From: Lingula anatina
Taxonomy: Eukaryota; Animalia; Brachiopoda
Assembly: GCA_051362555.1 (NCBI GenBank)
Contig: CM120640.1
Span: forward strand, 61,420,788-61,484,787
Length of the DNA stretch: 64,000 nucleotides
Direction of reading: 5' to 3'
Of this stretch, positions 14,597 to 27,600 are shown in pieces. The position numbers were made by a program, and so were the translations under genes. Numbering within the stretch: position 1 is the stretch's first letter; each line of letters begins with the position of its first letter. The notes under the pieces are model-generated. The model had not been told where the DNA came from. It saw only the letters and a program-made list of their open reading frames with translations, and ran no database searches.

Positions 14597-14622
14597 TGGG
14601 ATAACAACTGTTCATTTTGGCA

Positions 14623-14654
<32 letters not shown>

Positions 14655-14952
14655 TTTCCTGGGGTACAAAGCAATTTTCCCATACTTACCAATGGATAAT
14701 GAATCCATTTCTACATTCAAAGTTAGTCCCCGTTTTTTACTAAAAAGTTTGTTTTTTGAAATAATCTCTTAAGAGATTATTACAGAGTCTAGTCATCTAT
14801 GATTGTCACGTGGTCGGATGCCATGCACAGATTTCAGACTAATTACTGTACCTGCTGGATTTGTGGTGAAATAGAATATATTATATTTCTATGTGTTGTT
14901 CACAATGTATTTATTGTGAAATATAGATCTCATACGAAGAGTTGTTATCCCT
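14597..14952 (+). mobile_element. Kolobok-like non-autonomous MITE, copy 1
   Basis: TIRs tGGGATAACAACTGTTCAT ... ACGAAGAGTTGTTATCCCT, flanked by TTAA/TGAA. Internal sequence aligns by eye with copies at 40621, 57876 and 60847. RR...YY termini with TTAA fit the Kolobok/T2 group. Confidence 0.85.
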
Positions 14953-15444
14953 TGAATTTTATGCCAATGCATACTGTGCTGTCCAGTTATATCACAGAAA
15001 TTAAGTTTTGGCTTTTACATTCTGTTTAGAACCCGTGAAATGCTGTACTGGGTATTGATACTTTACAAAACCACGTGCTTGGATTTCTGAAAAAATGCAT
15101 CGTCTATTTTTTTTCCAGTTTTCAAGTATAATTTGAAAGTAACCAGGAAGACCAATCTCCACAGCAAATCAATAACAACACGAACTTACTAGAATAAGAT
15201 TTCTTTTATACATTTTCAAGAAATCACTTTAAAGCTTTTTTTAATATAAAACAAATTTTTCTTGTACATTTGCAACAATCTTTTAGTCTCTTTAAAATAT
15301 TTGTTTTTAAAGTAGTTCATGATATACATTTCCATACAGGCCATATTGCCACTCTCCCCCCCAGCTAAGCTGGTTACTCAGGTAGATCCTCCTTTATTTG
15401 GAATGGTAGGTTTCTTGCCTCCCTCTTTGTTGGCAGCTTTTTTC

Positions 15445-15916
15445 CTGAAAGAAAGATAAATTAAGTGAATATAAATGCTAAGCACTAGCAACATAAGTAT
15501 GAGCACTTATGCTACATTATATCTACATTTTTGCACCACCTACTCATTAATCTTTAGACAGGAACAAGGAACTGGAACAGCCAAACTAAAAGGCTACTGG
15601 TAACTGTGCCAGAAACTTGCCTTCTGTTTCCATAGAAGACTACAGAAAAATATGTGCTGGAGTCTTAACTGCACCCTTATAAATGTCAAGTGCACTTCTT
15701 GTAAGGTTTAAGTTGTATATTTAATGTAAAAAAGTTTCTCTGGAGCTTCTTACTTAATCACGGTCAAGACAACACTCTGCTGACTTTGCAATAAAGCTCA
15801 TTAACTGCTTAAAGGTTGCTAGTATTGAGAAATAATTGGATTAATGATGGATATGAAATTGAGTACCAGCACACAAAGTAGTTCTCTTTTTTCATTACAT
15901 ACATAACTTCACATAC
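15445..15916 (-). other. 3'UTR intron of TMEM258; terminal exon starts at 15444
   Basis: Donor CAG|GTATGT 16 nt after the stop codon; acceptor tttatctttctttcag|G. Confidence 0.75.
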
Positions 15917-15932
15917 CTGCAATTGATGCCTG

Positions 15933-17250
15933 CTATACATATATCCCAACCCACAGTAGGAGAAATAAAATACCAAATCCCATAAAAATGGATGCAACTA
16001 ATGAAACTAGGATTTCCTTATATAAATCTCTGGTGTATTTTGTTGAAGTAGCTTCATATCTGTGGCACAGTTAAGGGCAAATCTATACAAAAAGTTTTTA
16101 AGCATACAAAAAAGTTCACATACTCAGTGGGTTTCCAGTTTCATGTTTAATGTTACAAATGTCTAATTATAGCACAATATTTATCTGAAACTTAGTAAAC
16201 TAAAACGAATAAAAAATAATTATAATCATAAACTTATACCTGAAATGAGCAATATAAAATTTGGTGAAAAGCACCAGCTCTGCAGAATAGGTATTGTCTC
16301 TGAAAAGGATACACAAAAAACCATGCCATGAAGAAAAGTCCTATTCCTAGCAGCACCACAGTAAGGTGTGGGAAGGTGGCAGGATTGATGGGAGAAACAT
16401 AGCGGGTCATCTGTTCAACGTCCAACTGAAATTAAAAAAATTACTAATTAATTTTGTGTCAGAAAAAAAAAACATGAAAACTACTGTCAAAAATATGTCG
16501 AGCAGGAAGGCGAGTCTTGACATTTTGTGTTTTTACATACAATACACTCAAAAAAATATGTGCATGGATTATCTATGTATCTTGATTTTATTGGTCCTAA
16601 ATGTGCCCATTTAAGATGGTCCAAGTGCTAAATACCAAATGCTTCAATTTTAGTATGCATTTAGTGAGTCTTCCAAAATCCACCCCCCCCCCCCGCCAAA
16701 CACCAATGATACATACATGCTCCAATGATACAGTGATACATACATGAGGCAGTTCTGGCAAATTATTTATTTTGAGACTGCAAATATATGAATCATTATT
16801 GCTTACTTGTAAAGTTAAACTATACACTGGAAGTTGTATTGCCTTTTGCCTATATTTGATACATGTAGTGGCACTAGTACCTGAAAACTCGACTCTGAGC
16901 AATCTTTGTCAGGCGCAACAAGAGCTTGACAATTCGAAAAAATGAAGAACAGCACTAATATGAGTTGCAGCGGCGACAAAAAATTATGCTGCAAATCATC
17001 AACTTAGTTAAACACTTATCGATCAAGTAGCTGCCGGCTTCTTTATGTATACGTGGCACATACGTATACGAGGTTTATACTCTGTGGGAACCTACTTTTT
17101 TTACCTGATTCTAAGCCATAAAAAAGATAAATTTTGTAACAGTTGTCCTTATAAAAGTGTATTTTATATGATGCGTTTCGGTTGCTTTTCGATGCAATTA
17201 GCTATATTATGATTTAAAGGGATTTCTCTAATTGTATCGAGACTTACCAT
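15933..17250 (-). CDS. TMEM258: Transmembrane protein 258 / oligosaccharyltransferase subunit OST5 (kuduk), 80 aa; coding exons 17250-17248, 16425-16313, 16059-15933
   Basis: Spliced protein [80 protein letters not shown], nearly collinear with animal TMEM258. ATG|GTAAGT start-codon-only exon. Confidence 0.97.
16060..16312 (-). other. U12-type (minor spliceosome) GT-AG intron in TMEM258
   Basis: Donor GTATCCTTTT, branch point CCCTTAAC 10 nt before the CAG acceptor, and no polypyrimidine tract. Confidence 0.93.
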
Positions 17251-17872
17251 CTTGACGATTGAACAGGAAGTTATTGAAGGAAGTCGACAGTGCGCAGGTT
17301 CAACCTATTTAGGTGCAGGTCAAACGAATGAGGATTTGTTCATTATTATTGGCGGGGGTAGGAGCTCTTCTTTAGTTAATATTATACGTTTTTATCGTCT
17401 ATTTGAATATTTTTTCTTTTAAAGGATAGAGGAATTCTGTAAAATTGTGTATAATTAAACAGTTTAATAGCATTGTCCTTAAATAAAAAGAAATAAAATA
17501 TCGATATAAATTCAGTTCCCTTTGAATTTGGAAGAGTTTACTGAAGCAGGTATCTAGGACACGCGGTCTAAATAAATGTCGGATCGAAGGTGCCTATTGT
17601 GAGCCGAATTTGTATTGTGATTAATCTAAATACGAAAGTTAAACACGCGTGAAAGGAAGATAAGCGGCTCAGGAAGGGGAATGTTGCTTTATAAAACAAG
17701 AAAATGATACAAATTACGAGTCACGCTGGAAGAAAATCTTACTTAAGTACGTAAGCGGAGAGTGGCGGCAGGTGCCCGGCACGGCGTTAATTGACATTAA
17801 GAGATCCGAGGAAATGAAAAGAAAAAAGTAACTGGACATTTAACAAACCTCTCGGTGCAATAATTGTGCACT
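17251..17872. promoter_or_regulatory. Bidirectional promoter region between TMEM258 and KIAA2012
   Basis: Head-to-head start codons with 622 bp between them. CpG-enriched. ETS-like AGGAAGT twice (17265-17271, 17278-17284), GC-box-like GGCGGGG at 17351, DRE palindrome TATCGATA at 17499-17506. Confidence 0.7.
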
Positions 17873-20800
17873 ATGCTGAGTACCTTAGCAAAGGGCTCTG
17901 GTACCTGGGCCGGTGAATTGGAAGTAACAGAAAATGGCAAAAAGGTATGTCACCAAGACAAAAGTTTTCTATAACAGCAATATGCATCAGATGTATTGTT
18001 CACCTGCAGATGGATGTCATTCGTTTTCCTTGTCATTGTTATATTCTTGAGTGCATTACCATCTTTGCTAACCTTGACAAATTTGTAGTGTTTTTTGCCC
18101 CCTGCCCCCGATTTTGCCGTTAATTTCGGTGATCTTTCCGTGAGAACTTATGAGGTGTTTAGTGAGTGTTGCTAAATAAGTGGATTACAGTAATTCTTCA
18201 TTTTTTAAAGATCAGTTTCACCTCGTTAATTGACTTAAACATTTTAAAAATGTTCCTAGGTTAATCTCAAATATCTTGAATATAAAAAAAAATATTTTCA
18301 TTTGAATTTTGATTACATTTTTCATTTAGCAAATTGAAATTTTGGGGTTGTTTTTTAATCCGCTTTTTGATTAAAGACTTTTAAAGATGCCAAAGATATA
18401 CACATTTTGTATTTCAACAGTAACAAAAGCTATATGTGATGGGAAAATGCATTTACATTCCACAGTTTTATTTAATTCAAATTTTTAGATAATACCTGTT
18501 ACAACGGGTGCGCTTCAACAACACCAAAAAGCTTTGTTTCAGAAAATAAATAATAGTTTTGTACTCATTGTTTTTTCCTTTTTAATTTAGAAGTTCACAA
18601 GGTCATTAGATAAATCTGTCATGACTTTTTCCATTTTAGCATAAGTTTCCAGTAGTTGCAGACCCAGACCACCCTCACAAGCATGGTGTCACAGTATCCC
18701 CAAGGAAGCATGGGGCGGGTGTCACTGCTACTGGTCCTCCCAGTCCCCCCAGGCAGGAGTTACATTCTGATGGACAGATAGCTTTACCAAAGACATACCT
18801 CACAAGAAAAGGTAGATAGGTTAAGAAAAAATACTTTTTTACATCTGTATATGTGTATTTTCAGACCTGACTTAATATTGTCAGGTCAGTATACAGTATG
18901 TGCTTGGTTTAGACTTATAACCTGGTAAATAGGTAAAACATAAAGAAGTCCAAAAGAACAAACACAGGTAAAAAACATCAGCTCATTTTAGAAATATTTA
19001 TTTAATCAACAAATAAATTCCTATGAAATTGATATTTTAGTTTTAAAGCAGGAAAAGACTGTTAAGTGGATAATAAATGATGAGATAGTTTCCTTGCCTA
19101 CAGTATAGGTAATCTGAATAAGGGTGCTAAGTACTCTTTTAATAAAATATTGAATCTTCTGGCTCATTTGTAATGAAATTAAACACACTGATAATATTTC
19201 ATTCAGTTGATGGACTTCTTATTCTACTTTTAATTCTGTGCAAGTTAGAGTTGTCAGATAAAAAAAATTATCTAGAAAAAAATTCTCATGAAAAGTGCGG
19301 GCACATAGTACTTACAACATAGTACATACAAGTCCTTTTTTATTGAACCAAATAGATAACTTGAAAAGCACTTTGTGAGAGCTAATGTCTCCAATTTCTC
19401 AAGGTAAATATTTAAACTACCTGACTGTAAGACTGATAAATGAGATGGCATTACTGAGCCTCTTTTGTAGAGATCTGATGACATTTCCTTAAAGAAGTAG
19501 TTAAGATGTCTCTAAGGAGACAGTATGGAAATAGCAATTTCTTTGCCACTATACAAAGTAATAGTGGATTGCATTATGAGACACCTATTCATTCTGTAAA
19601 ACTAAATTAGTTTAAAGCAAAATACCCTTGCTGTCTTTTATGTTTCTCAGTTATGTTTAAATTTTTTTTAAAAAAAATTAGAATTTAGAATTTTAAAAAA
19701 ATTCACCCCCTGGTAGTTAATCTGTTTGCAGTATTTAATAATAAGAATAATGTGTTTTTGAAACTAGAATCTCAGCAGAGATTTCTCTCTCTCTCTCTTT
19801 GTTTTTTGAATAATCAGTATCTGATGGCAAAGTTTGGTCTGTGGATTACAGTATATTTGCTCTGCCATGATTGCCAAACTGATAAAATGTCCACCTAATC
19901 TCAGACGTAAATACCAACAGCAAACATCAAATGATCCAGTGATTACCAATGACTAAAACTCTAGAATGAAAAACAGTTAAATATGAGTTTATATTTAGTG
20001 AAAGTAAATATATCAACATAATTATCACTTCATCACCATTTCCACACAGTTAGTTACCCCTCAAATGAACAGAAATAGAATTAGAAACTCATTGTACTTT
20101 GCCTTGAATTATAACTATGAACAAAAGAATGTAAGTAAAAATTGTATGCAATTGTTATATAATGAAGTGACAGCTTGAATATAATTTGTCTTTTTGTTTA
20201 ACTCAAAACATGGATTTATGCTTGATAATTGCTTTGTTTATCAGGTGCTTTATTCCTCTTCACTGTCCCTAATGGAGTTACTCTTGGCAACCCAAGGCTG
20301 GGACAAGATGGCAGAAATACTGTCAAGGGTTGGGAGCCTGGTGCAAAAATTAGAACCTTGGAGAGATTTGCTAAATCGGTGCTGCAGTATGGAGATGATG
20401 TGAGTTACTTATGTGATAGTGTTTTTAAATCAATTTTCTATATTATCCTATTTAATAAGTATAATATAATTATGTACTATAATTACTTTTCTTTGTTAGA
20501 TGCATTTCTACTGTTTTGATTCTTTGGATATTTATTTCTTATATCAACTTAATTTCTTATATCTCTTAAGATTGGTAGTTTTGTAAGTAAATGATGTTGG
20601 CTTCACATAGAACCCAGTATACTGGATCCTTGGTTTTCACATTATTTAATTTGTCAGGTTTTGAAATCACAAAAGGTAGTTGAGATGATTGAGATGAGAA
20701 TTAAATTGGCAGAATTTGGACTTAATTAAATGATTTGGAGTGGCTGTGACATATAAACCAAATAAGCTTTGAGTGTTTATCAATTGGCTGTACATTATTC

Positions 20801-21637
20801 AGGGACATGTTCCAGACATGATTACCTTACATTCTTAGTTCCTGCCACCAAATAGGTTAGTAATAAATTCACTTTAATCAAGAGATTAGAATGCCAGACA
20901 CTGCCTTCTTTAACATTCATATTGACAAAATTTTAGCATCAGTTCCACATATTAAGTCAGCCTTTCTTCATGAATTCAAACAGGCTCTTTAAAAATGTAT
21001 CTACGTGAGATATTGAAAAGCTTAGGGAAAGAGTTGAAATCATTGAATCAGAAGGGTGCATTTGAGTGTCTGCACTGGAGACCAGAGACTTCACCTTTTG
21101 TCTCATTTTGATGGATGATTTAATACTAAGGTGTCTGCACTTGTATTACCAACCTTAACAGTTTTTCTCACCATGGCAACACAACAACAATCTTTGCTCT
21201 CTGGGCTAATATTTTCATTACCATTCTCTATGTATCTTTCATGACTCAGATGTGTATTGTTCTGCTACCTGTATGTTCATGTACTAAATCTAACAGCATT
21301 CCACACATGGTGGTTTAAATCTCACAAAGAAAAGGTTTATCACACAAGAAAAACATAATAATAACCCCACAGGTGTAATAAACTGTAATATGTTGGTTGT
21401 ATTTGCTTTAAGAATGATTAATATTTATGCTGTATTCAATTTAACAAAATATTTTTCTTGAAGTATTTTGATTTGACCTATGATGAATTACCTGGTTTAT
21501 TTAGACCAAAGAACAATACAGAAATATGTGAGTCTTTTTAAAACTGACAAAAGGGTCTGTTTAATAATCATGAATATGTGCGTGTGTGTGTGCATGTGTT
21601 TGTGTGCATGTGTGCGTGGGTATGTGTGTGTGTGAGT

Positions 21638-21685
<48 letters not shown>

Positions 21686-24600
21686 ACTGGAAAATAATTT
21701 GAATCAACCCAACAAAAGTATGGTTACATTATCTCTGTAAGAATTTTAAGCAACATCAATACCATAATACTGAACTAGAGACAAAATAGTTTATTTGGCT
21801 GTAACCAGGCTTAGATCTAAGATGACAGTCACCAGGTGACACCGAGAGCTTAAGCATCAATTTAATAATCATAATCCAATAACAAACTTCTGTATATAAG
21901 AAAGCAGTATGAATATATAGCTGTTAATGGGTTGTTGACTTTATAAACAGACTGAATGCATTGTCCTGACAATCCCATATGAACATTATTATAATCACAT
22001 TAGAAATGACAACAAAACATATTCACACTACGTGATAGGATTATACCTTTTTAACAAACCAGAATTAAATGCTGAAGTATTTACATGAATTGATGTTTTT
22101 TTAAAAGTAAATTTCATTGGGGCATGCTTTTCCCCCCACACAATAGACATTTGAATGGTTGATTTGTATAGCAAACTGCTGAATAACCTTATTTATTCAG
22201 TGGCTTTTACTGGTGAATGTGGATTATTGTAGTATTTGAGTGCATGTTTTGGTATTAGGCTGTAAACATGTTTGACAATATGCAAGGTTAGTGTAGGTGA
22301 CACATGCTTCCCTATCCAGGTGTTGGGGGGAGATGAAGGAATGGCTTCTTGGCTTAATTGAGAAAATGTCAACACTGTTGCAGATAGATACAGGCATTCA
22401 CCTCATTACTAGTCGTTAACTGACAATTAAGCCAACCATTTTAGTGTATTTTTTAATTGTGACAAAATACATGATGCCCTTGCCCTTTACTTTGTAACAG
22501 TAAATAAGTTACTGAAATAAAACTCCAATAGCAAATTATTTTCAGATTATTACACAAGGGTGTTTATTTCAAAATTAATTTTTTTTTTCACTTTGTGGTA
22601 TCAATTTAACCCAATGCAAATTTTCCTTCTTGCACAAATAAAGCCTAAAATGATTTGTTCTATAAGTATTGATTTGGACAATGTTTTTTTCTTATCTAGG
22701 ATTATGGAGCACACAAGGTTGCCAGTTTGTCAGAGTGTGATGATCACATTTTCCTCAAGTTCCTACATTCTCTCAACAATACCCCAGTGGATATTCACTC
22801 TCAGCCTGGGGCAGACTTTAACTTTTATTTAGAGGAATACAAATCAAGATGGGCAAGGTAAGAGCTTGCTTTACTATTCATGTGGCATAATTACTTTTTA
22901 TAATCTAAAAAAATATAAAATCAATCATGTGTTGCTAACAGTGTCAGTGGTGAATACCTAATGTAACAACAAATATGTACTTTTACACAAGTGGGACCTT
23001 AATTTTTGTAAAAGGATTCATATCAAGCTGCCCTGTTTTTCTTTGTTACAGTAAAAATTTATTCTTTTACTACTGAACTAATGGAGGGTAGGAACATTCA
23101 TAATCTTTTTGAAATCTCAATTTCTCCAATATGTACCATAAGTAGATATATAAATGTCTGGTTTGAACAGACCTAACAAATCAAGAGGGAAACATACAGG
23201 CAGTTTAACTTGTTTCAAGTACTGGCAAAGCAGGCCATAGGCCAATACTATTACCTGTGACTTTTTATGAATTAATCTTTGTCTTATATACAATGTAATC
23301 ATCATTGATTTATGTTATATGGTTGAAAGCCTTTTTGTTGCTGCTTTTGTAGGTGATACTGCACCAGTTGTAAATGTTCTTATAGTTTTTATTCAGTATT
23401 TCAAAACACTGTTATCAGGACCAAATAAGTTAATTCCAAACCAAAACTTAATGAACAAATTGTCATTCTCTTAGGAAATAAACCATGGCAAAAAGGTACT
23501 CAGGTTTAATTTTGTTACTTTTTAAATGTTTTCTGTCATACAGGTAATGTGGAAATTTCGTGGCCATCATCAGAAATATTTATTAGAAATGATGTGTGTA
23601 TTTTGTTTTGAAATTTTACTATTCAAATCATTGTTCAATCTTATTTTCTGTGAACTGTTTGTATGTTGATTGTCTCTTAAAGTGCATTTTGTGTGAAATA
23701 ATCTATTGATTTAATTGTTTAGTTTGTAAGAAGTGTACCTACTATTTGTTTTACCAAACACAAGTTGTTTATTTTGATATCTTTAAATTATATAATTACT
23801 GGTACATGGATCAGAGCAGAGCAGGGTAACTTTATTTATTTATTTTTTTTCAAGATATTGTAAGAGTAATTGAACTATAATTAACATTTACCTTAAAATA
23901 ACATTATCACCTCGTTCAGATAAGAATTATTTTTTTATAGAGATTAAATTGATTGTACTCTTTCCTAGGTAAATATTTGTTTAGATATTTGAATAACTTT
24001 TTTATTTGATAATTACAGTGCAAAAATTACCCAGTCTCTACCAAGTGGTCCCCCACAAACTGAAGATAATGTTAATGAGACAAGGTCAAAGTCCCTCAAC
24101 TCGTTGAATGAAACTGACCAATCAGAATCGGGCAGGTCTGTGTCGTCTGCTGGCCAGACCAGAGGAGGAGGGGGTGATGCAGAGTTGATAACAGCAGATA
24201 CAGGGAAGTTAGTGGATCAGTTCACACGACCAGGGTCCCATGCATCAGTTCAAGGAGACAGGTGAGAAGCAAATTCAAAGAGAAATTTTGATTGTTAGTG
24301 ATAGTATAGTCTGCCACCCAGTTATGTAGGCCATGTATATTGCAAAGACTAAGAGCAATTTAGCAAGGAACCCCGTGGAGATCCTGTTAGAACAATCTAG
24401 GGATGGGAACCCAGTTTAAGATCTTGTAGATAGTCCCACTGTGGGCAACAGATAATACTTCTTTCTGATTTACTAATTTCTTTTGTGATGTCAAAAGCTT
24501 GTACATTTAGGTTTAGTATATTATGGTGTCATTAGAGTGGTTATTTATTAAGCCATTTAGATATTGGGCAACTCTCATGCAAATTGTAGAATTGAAATAC

Positions 24601-27600
24601 TACGAGAAATTTCCCATTTTCAGGCCCCTGTCTTCAGCATCTATGCGTCCAGTGTTGTCAGCAGCTAAGCTTGCAGCCTCCCTGAAGTCTGTAAGCTATA
24701 TGGGAAGGCCAGACTCTGCAACATCCAGTCATAGATCAGGTAAATAAGAAAAGGGCTGATTGAAAAATATATAAAATGAGCCTCAAACATATTTTGGGTA
24801 TCTCCTGGGATATAAAACTACAATAGTATTTGCATTTTTGAAAAACAAGAGAATTGGTAAAAAATAAACAGAATGGGGAAAAATATTTCAATATATACAT
24901 AATCAGGAAATGTAAAGCATCCCAGTTAGGCAAATACACTCACACACACAAACCACAACAAACAAACAAAACAAAAAATGCAATGTTTATCATCTACAGA
25001 TGAAAAGATCAATTTTTTCAGGTTACAGTGTGGCTCGTCCATCCACATGTTTTCCACAGTCCATGATGGGTTCACGGCCAGGATCTGGGTTCTCCAGATA
25101 TTCCAGGTCAAGGCCAGCATCTGCTGCAAGGTCAAGGCCAGGTTCTGGCCTCAGATCACCTTTGATCAGGGCAATGTCAAGGCCGCCTTCTGGATCAATG
25201 TCAAGGCCAAACTCTGTGGCCTCCCAGCACCTTGAACTCCCAGGTCAGGACAGAGTGAGCATAAGTGATAAAGATGAAGCACAGACTGAAGTAGATGAAA
25301 ACATTTCTCTATGGCAAGAATCTGATCGTTGGACTGAATTAATTGACAGAGAGGAAGTGGGGACTGAAACTGACATAGAGTCTGTCTATCCTGATAGACA
25401 TGTGTCAGAGGTGCATGTGCACTCGCGCCCCCTCAGTCCTCGCAGTGTTGTTTCTCATCAAACTCTGCACGATCAGGCTCTTCTGCATGCTGAAACCTTT
25501 TCCCAAAGCACTTTCCACACTCCGCATGATGCACAGTCCCTTAGGTCCCACACAGAACCCCATTTGCATGATGGAATGACTGAGACTGCCTCTGTTTGGG
25601 ATGATGATTATGGTGTAGACCCTGATCTTTATCAAGAAGAAGATCTCCCATTACCACATGGTAAGTTTACACAATCCAATCTTTTCCCCTTTGTTCTCTA
25701 GTGTATTTTGATATGAATCCTAATATGGATCCATTCATTGATTTTCATTGGCAGTAATAAGATGATTGACTGTGTGCATGGTTGCTCAAATCAAGTGATC
25801 AGAATTTATAGATCTACAGTTTTTCATGCTCTTTCAATTGGTAAAATACTAGAAAAGTAAAGGAATGGGTTGTTGGCAGTTGTTGGCAACCAAATTTGAA
25901 TTGCTTCTGAGCATTTGAGAACACATCATACCTACTGTTGTTTCAATTTATACTATGATTAAGTCCGGTTAGATTAGATTTCTTGTATAATCAAGGTTAT
26001 AGTTTGTATCGATGGTTGCTATTGCAAATAAGATATGGTTGCTTATTCTGAAAATTGACCTTGTGCACATATTTTATGTCCTGATAATTATCAAAACTTT
26101 TGCATATATTTCCGTAGATGAGGCATATCTACAACCAGATCTTCTTCCAAATCCAAACACAGGTGAGCAGACCTTTCTTGGCTGTCCTTGTATGCAAAGA
26201 AGTTTAACGATATTACCTTTGAAAAGCTCTGAAGTCAGTGGTGGAAATATTCTTTCAGTTAAAGTGCTAACTTGTATACCTACTGGCAATTGCATATAAG
26301 ATATAAGAATTTAATCAAGAAGTAAGTAGCTCTACATTGTATTGTTGTTAAACAGAAATTTTAACAATAGATCTAAATTAAAATTATTTAATTTACAGAA
26401 TGCATATATGAATACAGTGGTGTTCCTCTTGCAAAACCTTTGTAAGTATCTCTCAAAAATGAGACAAAAGGTTGGTTGGGATGTTTCACTATCTGTAATA
26501 GTTTGTCCATTTGTTAACTTAAGTAATTTAAGATATTTTTACTTTCATCGAAAAATCTTTGTTCAATTTTAACTTACATTCATGGTTTTACTTTGATCCT
26601 AGCTCTAGGCCAGGTTCAGCATCCCACTCCCTGTCCACAGGGTACCATACCATGGTTACCGTGGAGACAGAAGCAGCCAGTGGTACTCACCCATCACAGC
26701 CACAATACACTGGTGAGGGATACACTGGTTGATGTTAACAAGGAAAATAATATTTCAAAAGATATTTGATGCTTAAGATGTTTGTTTTTATCCTGATTTA
26801 TTTTGGCATTATGTGTGTTGATATTATATCGACTGATATGATAAGCATTATTTTGGAAAGGAAGCAAACCCACTTAGAATCGTTAAAAGATGTGAAATAA
26901 TGAAATCAAATGGATTTCTTTTACAGAATGTCACCATTGGTTTGTCATTCACATTGTATAAATATCTCTGCAGGTGGCAGTTTCATTGGAGGAGCCAGTT
27001 CTGTATTTTCCTTGGATACAACTGTTACAGAATCTGCTAACCTTGAACATGACGATTCAACAACAAAAGCTGTTCCAGCAGAGACGGTTACAGGCGCAGT
27101 TAATAGTCGCAGGTCCCCATCAGCAAAAAGTCACATAACATCATCTTCATCTATTAGGGAAGAAGGGAATGGTAAGAGAGCGAGATTTGATAGGGATTAA
27201 TGTTATCAGTATTGCCTGGTAATACCCTTAAATATATATGTCCAGTTTTTCTCTAAAGAAACATGCTTAGTTTTACCTAAATGTAGAATATAAATGTTTT
27301 GCAAACAGAGCATGATGCTAGATTTGTTTGTTTTAGGTGGAGAAGCAGTAAAGCCAAGTGATTTTGCATTAGATACTAAGAAACAAGGTGAAATATGTTG
27401 TTGAATCCTTTAATTTCCATATGTCAGGTTCAGGAATACATTATTTTTGTATGCTTTTTCCTATACTACTTGAAATGTCCATTTATTGCAGTGTTGATAA
27501 CTTCTGAAATAACATAATCTAAAAAATGCATCAAAAGACTTAACAGAATTTTTTTTGTTTATGATGATGCATATTTCATGATTTTTGCTCCTACTTCAGA

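Noticed and set aside
16905-17005. C/D snoRNA-like TGATGA...CTGA on the minus strand in TMEM258 intron 1
   Set aside because: No terminal stem and no guide match to rRNA that I could recognise.
17934-17944. ATGGCA just before the first KIAA2012 donor as start codon
   Set aside because: It gives phase 2 and meets a stop in exon 2. ATG 17873 gives phase 0 and the KIAA2012-like N-terminus.
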